NCBI GenBank assembly: GCA_951406725.2
Contig: OX597822.1
Location: 4,588,001-4,652,000 of the forward strand
Reading direction: 5' to 3'
Length of the DNA: 64,000 nucleotides
From: Octopus vulgaris
Taxonomy: Eukaryota
A program made the position numbers and the translations under genes. Of this stretch, positions 53,542 to 64,000 are shown one piece after another; positions within the stretch are counted from its first letter, which is position 1, and the number at the start of each line of letters is the position of its first letter. Below the pieces are notes generated by a model. That model had not been told where the DNA came from, did no database searches, and saw nothing but the letters and a program-made list of their open reading frames with translations.

Positions 53542-54436
53542 CATTGACATTTTATTGTTATTTCAATTTTAATATTTCTATTATATGTAATTTTCTAGAT
53601 GGTGTAATTTAATTGTTCATTTTGAATTGATAAAAGGTGGTTTTTTTCTAATTTTTTTATAATATATATATATATGTTTTAACATTTCACTGAGGCATTG
53701 CAATACTAATAACCTGATAGAGACCTAAGTATATGTATGCTTCTGAATGAAGTATAAGTTGAGTACAGATTGGTAATAAGAAAGAGATGACAAAGGAATA
53801 AGATAATTGTTTATTCCTTTGTCATTTATAAATGTTGGCACTCTGTTGATTATGATGACAAGGGTTCTAGTTGATCTGGTCAACAGAACAGCCTGCTTAT
53901 GAATTTAATGTGCAAGTGGCTGAGCAAACCACAGACACGACATGTGTACCCTTAAAACATAGTTCTCAGGGAGATTTAGTGTGACACAGAATGTGATAAA
54001 GCCGACCCTTTGAAATACCAGTATTACACATTTTTACCAGCTGAGTGGACTGGAGCAACATGAAATAAAGTTTCTTGCTCAAGTGACACAATGCACCACT
54101 GGGAATTGATCTCATGACCTTTGGACTTGGTGGCAGCAGATCAGAAGAGGCAAGTGGTGCAGGTGGAAACATAGCCTCATGTTTGGATAGAAAAACATGA
54201 TGCAGGGCAAACATCCACTCTGATGTTTTAAGGATAAACACCAAGTTAGCAGCCAATGCAATGTTTTGAGCACTCGTTAAACATTTTGCCAATCTATTAC
54301 ATTCTTATTCAGGCCCAGTTGTCTTATCTTTACTCTGCAACTGGGGATATTGTTCTTGAACAAGAGAGTGAGTCTGACGTGTGCACAGCAGCTCCACCTC
54401 ACTTAAAAAAAAACAACTTGTGTTAGTCTGTAACAT

Positions 54437-54476
<40 letters not shown>

Positions 54477-54550
54477 ACACACATAGAGTTTTACTCAAGC
54501 GATATGCTGCTTTTTAAGTTCTGCATTTACACACTTGCTCAAACAGTTGT

Positions 54551-54940
54551 GGAGGCGCAATGGCCCAGTGATTAGGGCAGTGGACTCGCGGTCACAAGAT
54601 CGCGGTTTCGATTCCCAGACCGGGCGTTGTGAGTGTTTATTGAGCGAAAACACCTAAAAGCTCCATGCGGCTCCGGCAGGGGATGGTGGTGATCCCTGCT
54701 GTACTCTTTCACCACAACTTTCTCTCACTCTTACTTCCTGTTTCTGTTGTACCTGTATTTCAAGGGGCTGGCCTTGTCACTTCTGTGTCCCGCTGAATAT
54801 CCCCGCGAACTACGTTAAGGGTGCACGTGTCTGTGGAGTGCTCAGCCACTTACACGTTAATTTCACGAGCAGGCTGTTCCGTTGATTCGGATCAACCGGA
54901 ACCCTCGTCGTCGTAACCGACGGAGTGCTTCCATCCATCC
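54551..54940 (+). mobile_element. CpG-rich (young) tRNA-derived SINE family C
   Basis: Head ggaggcgcaatggcccagtgattagggcag...ggtttcgattcc with A and B boxes, and a (CCAT)n tail. Confidence 0.85.
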
Positions 54941-55508
54941 ATCAAACAGCAGCTTAATGCAGTGTCACAAATTGTTCCATTGTCAATGATGGCATTGTAG
55001 CCTCTTATTTCATTGGCTGAGGCAGACCATGTTAATTGCCCATAAGAATGCTCATTTCTTGCAGTAAAGAAACATTTGTCATATAGGGACACAAATTTAC
55101 TTGGCTTGGTGTTGGAAATCTTGAGCCAAATTTAGGTCAATTAGAGGTAATTAACATAAAAAGCTAATTCCATACACACACAATATATTCATACAAATAC
55201 ACAAATACATTGTTTCACATTTGCTTTATTTTTCCCTGCTAAGAAGAGTTAATCAGCCTATTGGCTCTACAAATATAAATATATACATATGATATATTAA
55301 GACAGATATTATTGAAGTCAAATGGTCTGACTAGTGCTAATAAGTTCAACTGTGATTTATAAATGGTGGCATTTATTGTTTCAATGAAGCAAACAGTACT
55401 TTGCTTTACTGCACAATATTCTGGTTGCAACATAAAATCTATGTTTTCTGAAATATCTGAAACTCAAACCAAGACACTAATCAATAATTCATTGAAAACT
55501 GTACAAAC

Positions 55509-55604
55509 CTGTTGTTTCTAGGTTCTGAATAACCAGGCCCAGTACTGTAAGAGATGTTAAGTCCTCCAAGCCAATGTGCTCCCAAATTGTTGCCCGTCAG
55601 ATCC
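55509..55604 (-). CDS. Exon 1 of 8 in window: DLTGNNLGAHWLGGLNISYSTGPGYSEPRNN(R)
   Basis: Acceptor ttttgtctgtAG at 55606-55605 and donor GTTTGT at 55508; 96 bp, phase 2 to phase 2. Matches GCPII [26 protein letters not shown]. Confidence 0.9.
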
Positions 55605-55954
55605 CTACAGACAAAAATAAAATGAAATACGGTAATAAAATATAGGAAATCAAACATTATATGAAACTTTCTCAAACACTCGCCTTTCTCTCCCTCCCTC
55701 ACACTACCACTGGAGAATTTTATACAGGACACACGGACACACATGCATTTGATGATGTGAAGAATTTACAAGTTGATCATGAAATAATTAATTTCTAGTC
55801 TTAATTAAAATATATATATATAAACAAGAGGAAAAGTGCCAATAATAAATTACTATTATTTTGTCTTCATTTGGTAAATACATAAATGGCAAATATATAG
55901 AGATCTAATATTACTCAGAATCTGCTAGTGAGAATATGAAGGTATCCATTATTG

Positions 55955-58900
55955 TTGCTCATGGGCCCACACCTCTCACACCCTCAGGGTTGGCACACTC
56001 AATGTGGGCACACTGAAAGGTAGGTCTGGTGATATTGGTGAGATGCTTGAATGGAGACGTGTAGATTTGTGCTGCATCCATGAAGTAAGGTGGAGAGGAG
56101 GTTCTTCTAGGTTCTTCACAGGCAAAGAACAAAGGTATAAGATTTTCTGGGCAGGGAACAATAATGTGGGTATACTTCTTGCGGAGAAATGGGTTGATAA
56201 GGTAATCAAGGTAGCCAGAGTCTGCGACAGAATACTTAAGATTAGATTAGTGCTGCATCATGGGTTAGCAACCATTATCTTGGCCTATGCCCCTCAGTTG
56301 GGGCTACCTGATGGACAGAAAGAATGATTTTATGACACCTTCTTGCAGACTAGGTCATCAACGAATGACAGGGACCTTCTCTTTGTGGCTGGTGACTTCA
56401 ATGGACATGTTGGACAACATGCAGGGGGCTTCCATGGCATATTTGGAGGCTATCATTTTGGTTTTCGCAATGAGGAGGGAACCAGGCTTCTGGAGTTCTG
56501 TGATACAAATGATCTTATGGTTTGTACCACTAACCACAGGCAACCTGCCAGTCACCTATTCACCTACCAATCTTGGAGACACACTAGTCAAATTGACTAA
56601 ATCTTTGCCAGGAAACGGGAAAGATGGCTACTTATAAATGCCAAAACCTTCCCAGGTGAAGAATGCACCCCACAACATAGATTAGTAGTTAGCGACTTCA
56701 GGATCAGGGCAATGTAGTTGACAGGGCCATTAGGGAAAAGAAATAGGCATGGAAGGACTGGAAGAATGGGGGTAGCAGGGAATTGTATCAGACTGCCAGA
56801 AGGGAAGTGAGGAGATAGGTTTATTTAGCCAGAAGGGAAACAGACAAGAAAAAATTTGCCAATGTTCTGCGTCGTGAGGACCAAAGACTAAAGATGTTTC
56901 ATGTTGCAAGAAAGTGCGTGAGAGAGAATCATGATGTCATAGGAGAGAAATGTGTCTGTATGGATGACAGCTTACTTGCATTTAATGAGGCTGCAAGGAG
57001 AGAGACTTGGAGATGCCACTATGAAAGGTTGCTAAATGAAGAGAATGAATGGGAGAAAGAGAGTCTGCCGAATGTAGACCCAACAGAGGGACCAGCTATC
57101 CGAATTGACAGAACCTTGGTAGATAAAGCAATTAAGGGTATGAAGACAGGGAAAGCCCCCGGCCCATCAGGAATCACCACAGAGCTGTTTAAAATATCTG
57201 GTGAAGTCAGCTATAGCCTAGTCACCCATATAGTCAACCAGGTGATACATGAAGCAGTCATACACAATGACTGGTGTAGCAGCACCATAGTCAACTGCTA
57301 CAAAGGTAAAGGTGATGTATTAGATACAAATAATTACAGAGCTATCAAGTTGTTGGATCAGGTAATGAAAGTCACGGAGAGGGTTGTAGCCCAACTAATT
57401 AGGGAGAGAGAGTCAGTCTAGATGAGATGCAGTTTGGGTTTGTGCCAGGGAAAAGTACCACTGATGCTATATTTCTGGTATGACAGCTGCAGGAGAAATA
57501 CCTGGCCAAAGATAAACCTCTGTACTTGGCTTTCGTTGACATGGAGAAAGCGTTCGACAAGGTCCCCCGATCCCTTATCTGGTAGTCAATGAGGAAACTA
57601 GGGATAGATAATTGGTTAGTGAGAGCTGTACAAGCCGTGTACAGGGATGCTGTCAGTAAGGAGAGTTGGCAATGAGTACAGTGAAGAATTCTGAGTAGGG
57701 GTCAGTCCTTAGCCCCCTCTTATTCATCATAGTCCTCCAGGCAAAAACAGAGGAATTCAAGATAGGATGCCCCTGGGAGCTTCTCTATGCTGATGACTTT
57801 GCTCTAGTTGCTGAGTCACTATCAGAACTAGAGGAGAAGTTTCAGGTGTGGAAGCATGGATTAAAATCAAAGGGCCTTAGAGTCAACCTAGCAAGAACCA
57901 AAGTCTTAATAAGTAAGAAGGCAGACAAACCACGAATCCCTTCAGGTAGATGGCCTTGGTCAATCTGTAGAAAAGGTGTAGGTAGAAACTCCATAAAATG
58001 TACCCAGTGTAAGCTATGGACACATAAGAGGTGCAGCAATATCAAAGGAAGGCTAACTGGGAAGATACTTTTTGTTTGTGACAAATGCTCAGGAGCAATA
58101 AACACTGAAAATGTGCAGAGAACAGCTTCCGTCACATTCCAGGGGGAAAAACTACAAGTAGTTGATAGATTCTGTTACCTAGGTGATCAAGTCAGTAGCG
58201 GGGGTGGATGCTCTGAAAGTGTAACTGCTAGAATAAGAATAACCTGGGAAAAGTTCCAAGAGCTCCTACCTCAGCTGGTGACAAAAGGCCTCTCGCTCAG
58301 AGTAAAAGGTAGACTGTATGATGTATGTGAGCAAACAGCCATGCTACATGGCAGTGAAACATGGGCCATGACTGCTGAGGACATGCGTAAGCTTGCAAGA
58401 GTGAAGCCAGTATGATCCGCTGGATGTGTAATGTCAGTGCGCATACACGACAGAGTGTAAGTGCCCTGAGAGAAAAGTTGGACTTAAGAAGCATCAGATG
58501 AGGTGTGCAAGAGAGTGACTCTGCTGATATGGTCATATGTTGAAAATGGATGAGGACAGCTGTGTGAAAAAGTGTCACACCCTAGCAGTTGAGGGAACCT
58601 GTGGATTAGGTAGACCTAAGAAGACCTGGGATGAGGTGGTGAAGCACGACTTGGAGATATGCTGTGCTTGAGAAGACCTGGCAAGCCAAGTGAGACCATA
58701 ACTATAGCCTATGCCAGTGCTGTATAACCAGCCCATTTAAGAGTACCCTTGAATCATTGGACAATAAGCTACGCTTGCGAAGACCTGTTGAGGCAAGGGA
58801 AATCATTGTTGTGGCAGATGACAGTACTGCCTGATTGGCACCTCTGCCAGTAGAACATTAAAAGCACCATTCGAGTGTGATTGCTGCCAGTGCCGCCTGA

Positions 58901-59232
58901 CTAGCTCCTGTGCAGGTGGCACGTAAAAAGTACCATTTGAGCATGTCTGATGCCAGTGCCGCCTGACTAGCTCCTGTGCAGGTGGCACGTAAAAAGTACC
59001 ATTTGAGCATGTCTGATGCCAGTGCCGCCTGACTGGCCCTCGTGCTGGTGGCACGTAAAAGGATCCAGTACACTGTCAGAATGATTGGCTTTAGAGAGGG
59101 TGTCCAGCTGTCGAAAGTTTGCCAGATCAGATTGGGGTCTGGTGCAGCCTTCTGGCTCACCAGCCCTCAGTCAAACCATCCAAGCCATGCCAGCATGGAA
59201 AGCAGATGTTAAACAACAACGATGATGATGAT
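55955..59232 (+). mobile_element. RTE-clade LINE, decayed (APE endonuclease, RT, PHD-like finger, 3' UTR, (GAT)n tail)
   Basis: LRVGTLNVGTL, CIHEVRW, AYAP, AGDFNGHVG (APE); KAPGPSGI, NYRAIKLL, QFGF, AFVDMEKAFD, LYADD (RT); many stops and frameshifts; 3' UTR with ~60-bp tandem repeats. Confidence 0.93.
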
Positions 59233-59344
59233 ACACATTACAGAACTTTAAATTTGAAACTTCCTTCAAATATACCTAAAGAGTGTGTTACAGCTGACAT
59301 TTACAACCTTTACCTAATTGTTTTAAAAGCTGTAGAGTGTATAC

Positions 59345-59393
<49 letters not shown>

Positions 59394-59401
59394 AACACAG
59401 A

Positions 59402-59444
<43 letters not shown>

Positions 59445-59839
59445 GCACACGTTCACACACACATACACATATATATACCTTCACACAACTAACACACACA
59501 GACACATATATGTATGTATATTGCAAGTGTTATAGTAAGAGACATATAATAACTTAATAGCTTGTATGTACAGATATGTTCACTTCCACTGTTGCAAGGT
59601 CACAAATGAACAGTAAAACCCGCAATTCAGCCTAAAGATATAATTGAATTTAAAGAACACAAGTTAGACTTTAGTATCATAACTCTAAATGCTACACAAT
59701 TTAAATAGCTTACTGAAATATTCACAGCTTTATTTCCTGATTACAGAACTTATTTGCTGATTTTTAAAGACGTATAACATCTCATAAAAATTTTACCAAC
59801 TCCTTTGGAGATTTCATCTGAATACAAAAGTTTGACAGA

Positions 59840-60210
59840 TGTGGCTGTGGAGTTAGAAGTTTGCTTCTCAAACACATGGATCTAGGTTCAGTCCTGCTGC
59901 ATGGCACCTAGAACAAGTTTCTTCTACTATACCCTCAAGCCAATCAAAGCGCTGTGAGTGGATTTGGTAGACAGAAACTGAAAGAAAACCATCATATATA
60001 TGTGTCTATGTGTGTGTGTGTGTGTCTCTCATCACTACTTCACAACCAGTGTTGGTGTGTTTATGTCTCCCACTAAGTGGTTTGGCAAAGGAGACCAAGA
60101 AAGTACTAGGCTTAAAAAAAGTACTGGGGATCAGTCATTTGACTAAAATTTCTTCAAGGTGGTGCCCCAGCATGGCCACAGTCTAATAACTGAAACAAGT
60201 AAAAGATAAA
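59840..60210 (+). mobile_element. SINE family B copy
   Basis: Family B consensus. Confidence 0.8.
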
Positions 60211-61166
60211 TGGTAAACGATAACAGCTTAATTTTAAATCAATGCTAATTAAAATAAATAAAAATAAATAGCATTGATTAGGAATTGAAACCACACCATT
60301 TTCATATTAGAGAGGAAATGTTATACTCTAGTCATCTACCTAGATATACATACAAAATAGCTAATAAACAACGTGATGGCAAGCATTTGACTGTGTGTAC
60401 AGCTGTAACTGTCCATCCGTCTAGATGTGCCCACTGTAACTGCCTGCTTTGGATTGATTCTTTGCTGTTATTACTAACTCAGGACATAAAACTGTGAAAC
60501 TGTAAATCCTGATGTGTGTCTGTGTGTGTGTGTGTGTGCGTGTGTGTGTGTGTGCACCCACATATAAAGACACAGAACATCTACAAAAAGTGAGATATAT
60601 AATCATAAAAGTAGCATGAGGAAGGTGCGAAGGGGAAAGTTGGGAGGAGAATTGGTCAAATAGAATTAAAACTTAAAAAAGAAGATAGAGGAAAATAAAG
60701 ATGAAGCATCAAGGTTAGTTATGGAACACGAGAGAAATGAATAAAGTGTGTGTGTGTGAGTGTGTGTGTGTGTGTAGTGTATGTATGTATGAGAACTAAA
60801 AATTCAGTGACAGCTTTTCTTAGATACGTCAATGACAGCATCTCTTAGATGTATGAAAAGGAAAGATGCAAATAATCTCTCTGTAATGTTCATAATAAAA
60901 TGTGATTGATAAAATAAGAATCGGTCAATAAGATGATTGAGTTTATTCACCTGACTACACCCCACCCGGCCACCCCGCCATCCCACTCTCCTTTACATAA
61001 AAAATGCCTTGTGAGTAGATGCATATATAGCTGTGTGTGAATGTGTATATAAGTATATATTTATAAATGGAAATATAAACTGCTAGAAAGACAGACATTA
61101 TCAGGTACAAAGAAATATCCAGACTTGGGGTAATAATTGGGATAACTGCTGCAACTACTACAACTA

Positions 61167-61199
<33 letters not shown>

Positions 61200-61254
61200 T
61201 TGCTGCTACCACCACCACCACCACCACCCCTGCTAATAACAACAATAAGAGTAA

Positions 61255-61910
61255 TCCTTTCTACTATAGGCACAAGGCCTAAAATTTGAGGGGAGGGGTT
61301 TGAGGGGACTAGTTTGATCCCATCGGCCCCAGTGCTCAACTGCTACTTATTTCATTGACTCCCAAGAAGATGAAAGGCAAGGTCAACCTTGGCAGAATTT
61401 GAACTCAGAACATAAAAACAGATGAAATGCCACTAAGCATTTTGCTCGGTATACTAATGGTTCTGCAGCTCGCTGTCTTAATAATTATAATAATCCTTTC
61501 TATTAAAGACACAAGGCCTGAAATTTTGGGGGCAGGAACAAGTTGATTACATCAACCCCAGTGTTTCACCAGTACTTGATTTATTGATTCTGAAAGGATG
61601 AAAGGCAAAGCCGACCTTGGTGGAACTTGAACTCAATATGTAAAGACCGTGGACAAGTTTTGAGGAATTTTAGTTGAACTAATCAAACCTAGTAATTCTT
61701 TTCTTTTGCCAAACTGCTAAGTTATGGGGATGTAAACGTATCAGTACTGGTTGTCTAGTGGTGGTGGTGGTGGGAAACACATGCACACACATATGATAAA
61801 CTTCTTCCGATTTCTGTCTACCTAATCCACTCATAAGGCTTTGGTCAGCCTGAGGTTATTGTAGAAGACATTTGCCCAAGGGGCCATGCAGTGGGACTGG
61901 ACCCAGAAGC
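61255..61910 (-). mobile_element. Cluster of two family A SINEs and one family B SINE
   Basis: Consensus motifs, preceded by (ACT)/(GCT)/(ACC) microsatellites. Confidence 0.8.
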
Positions 61911-61978
61911 ATATATATATATATATATATACACAACCCCACCATTTATTGATCTATATCTATATATATATATATATA

Positions 61979-62137
61979 CTTTATTTAAAGCAGCAGAAAA
62001 TTCAACAAAACCTGTTACTCTGAGTTTCCCGTTGCTGTTCATCGGACAGTTTTTGCTAGAATTCTAGCAAAAACTGTCCGATGAACGGCAACGGGAAACT
62101 CAGAGTTTTGTTGAATTTTCTGCTGCTTTAAATAAAG
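61979..62137. repeat. ~160-bp spacerless palindrome with hammerhead-like motifs, between (TA)n tracts
   Basis: Centred on GAATTC at 62059-62064. The arms differ by one substitution and a 7-nt indel. Confidence 0.92.
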
Positions 62138-63230
62138 CATATTACTCTACCACTGGTATTTGAGTACTCTTTTTTCCACCTTGTTTCACATTTATGTGTT
62201 TACTCCGGTATATATATATATGCTAGATAGGCCATAGGCCAATGAGTTTAGAGTCTAAAGAAATGCTGTAAAGCTAAGCCCTTTATGGACATGAAACCCT
62301 GGGTAATTCCATAAACTGGCCATATCTATCTTTATCTATATACTCTACTGCTCAGTAACTTGGTGTGTGTTTCTTTTCTGGATAGATAGATAGATAGATA
62401 GATGCACATTCATTCCAAACTTAGAAGTAATTCTTCCCTTGCTTTCTTGTACTATTGCTCCTATATAATAAGATTGTTCTTACAATTTAAATCCATTCTG
62501 CTTATGCACCCTTAAACATATGTGATGTTGATTGGAAATATGATTCTGTACAGTTTTGTATAATTTTATAAAGATTTCACAACTCTAATACACAAATGAG
62601 AGATAAAAGCTCAAACAGACACAATAACTTTATACAACTATCATCCTATATATAATTTATAGGCTTCTCTTAAGATTTCTTTAATTATTACTCTGTATAT
62701 GCCCCATCTTACATTTAATAATTTTATATAGCACCTAATTGATTTAATGCATACTTTAAAATACAATCCAGTTTATTTTTCTTTTAATTTATTTATTTAA
62801 ATAGACATGAGTAATTTATAAGTTTTGAGGTTTCCATAAGCATGTTTTTATGCCCATTTTATAAATATTTCCCTTCAGTCTAATTTCCCATACGTGTGTG
62901 ATTGCAGTTATATTACCTCCCCACTGTTAGCTTTTAGCTTTGTTCATTTAATCTAATTATTGTAAAGTAAGTTTATTTATTTTTCATTAAAATTCACATT
63001 ACTTATTTATTCCTGAGGCTTCTAACAGCTTTCAGTAATTTAATAGTTCTTATTAGCTAATAGAATATTAAAAGACTTGAAGTTTTCATTTACAAAACAT
63101 TTATTTCAACTTGTAATTCTAATCTACCACTAACCACAAATTAGTTTCTTAAGGAGACTTTAAAAATATATACTTATAGTAGGTATGTACTTCTATCAAT
63201 ATATCTCAGCTTTAAGGTGGCAAGATAGCA

Positions 63231-63654
63231 GGGATCTTTTCGGTTTGAACGGCAGTTTTTTCTAGAGGTGTCATATGAAATTGTCACCCATAATTATGAC
63301 CCTAGTATCGATCTATTGCATTTCAATCTGTTTTAGGATTAGGGTTAGGGGTGGGGGGAAGGGTATCTTTTTTTCTTCAGAAATGTAAATAAACCCAATC
63401 TGTTTCTTAAACGAGGGACATATTCATACGGCACAGAATGTTTTTTTTTTTTTACCTCAATAGACGTATTTGATTGGTTGAAATTGCAGAAATGGAAGAA
63501 AAAAACAACAAATATCTTACAAACTATAGAATTTTCTCAATAAAGCCAAGAGAAAAAGATGTTTTATAAACACATTCTACCAGTATATGAAGTTTAAAAT
63601 TTTTTAGTTACCTAGAAATTATGCTAAAAACTGCCATTCAAACCGAAAAGGTTC
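63231..63654. mobile_element. MITE with ~28-bp TIRs nested in a SINE head
   Basis: GATCTTTTCGGTTTGAACGGCAGTTTTT ... AAAAACTGCCATTCAAACCGAAAAGGTTC, with an internal TTAGGGTTAGGG. Confidence 0.8.
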
Positions 63655-64000
63655 AAATAGAAGAATTGTCAGCACACTGGGCTTGGTGGTATTTCATCCA
63701 TCTTACATTCTAAGTTCAAATTCCACTGAGGTTGACTTTGCTTTTTATCCGTTCGATTGGGGTTGATGTAAAAGACTTGTTATGTTTTTGGGGGTTTGAA
63801 TATCTCGTTGCCACTAATGTTATGACAATGTTGGGGTGTGCACAAGGGTGTAGAATAGTATTACCCAAATGAATATTTGGATATGGTTATCTAGAATAAC
63901 CTTTCACAGAATTAATATGTTTACACAGAATGTGCTCTGTGCTATGCCAAACATAGTTACCATATTAAACTAACACAACATCCAATATGATTAATCAACA

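Noticed and set aside
54551-54625. tRNA gene
   Set aside because: It is a tRNA-like head continuing into a SINE body shared with other copies, with no clean cloverleaf or terminator.
63339-63350. Interstitial telomere
   Set aside because: Only two TTAGGG units, located inside a MITE.
59240-64000. Next upstream exon of the M28B gene (expected P.IP..PI motif)
   Set aside because: No phase-2 exon with matching homology was found by eye, so it probably lies beyond the window.

Overview
AT-rich, repeat-dense animal genomic DNA. The SINE, LINE and microsatellite content looks like an octopod cephalopod, which is an inference rather than something the window proves. The window lies inside one large minus-strand gene. 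I find eight phase-compatible GT-AG exons (55604-55509, 53065-52980, 51434-51312, 46846-46764, 27044-26981, 21574-21415, 2808-2715, 860-605; 962 nt, about 320 aa) encoding the middle of an M28B protein (glutamate carboxypeptidase II/NAALADase/transferrin-receptor family). The N- and C-terminal exons appear to lie outside the window. The protein keeps the ligands of one zinc site but has lost the catalytic Glu and both ligands unique to the other zinc (WDAEEFG->WDATKYG, YHS->YNT), so it is probably a pseudo-peptidase. The introns hold three tRNA-SINE families, a decayed RTE LINE with many 3'-end copies, Penelope, Dong/R4 and Helitron remnants, and MITEs. They also hold a 59-copy 45-bp minisatellite that arose inside a SINE and carries a 1007-codon open frame, and at least six long palindromes/foldbacks. 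Three of the foldbacks carry minimal hammerhead-ribozyme-like cores similar to the one in the 3' UTR of the local Penelope fragment. Most other ORFs in the track are microsatellite or SINE artefacts.
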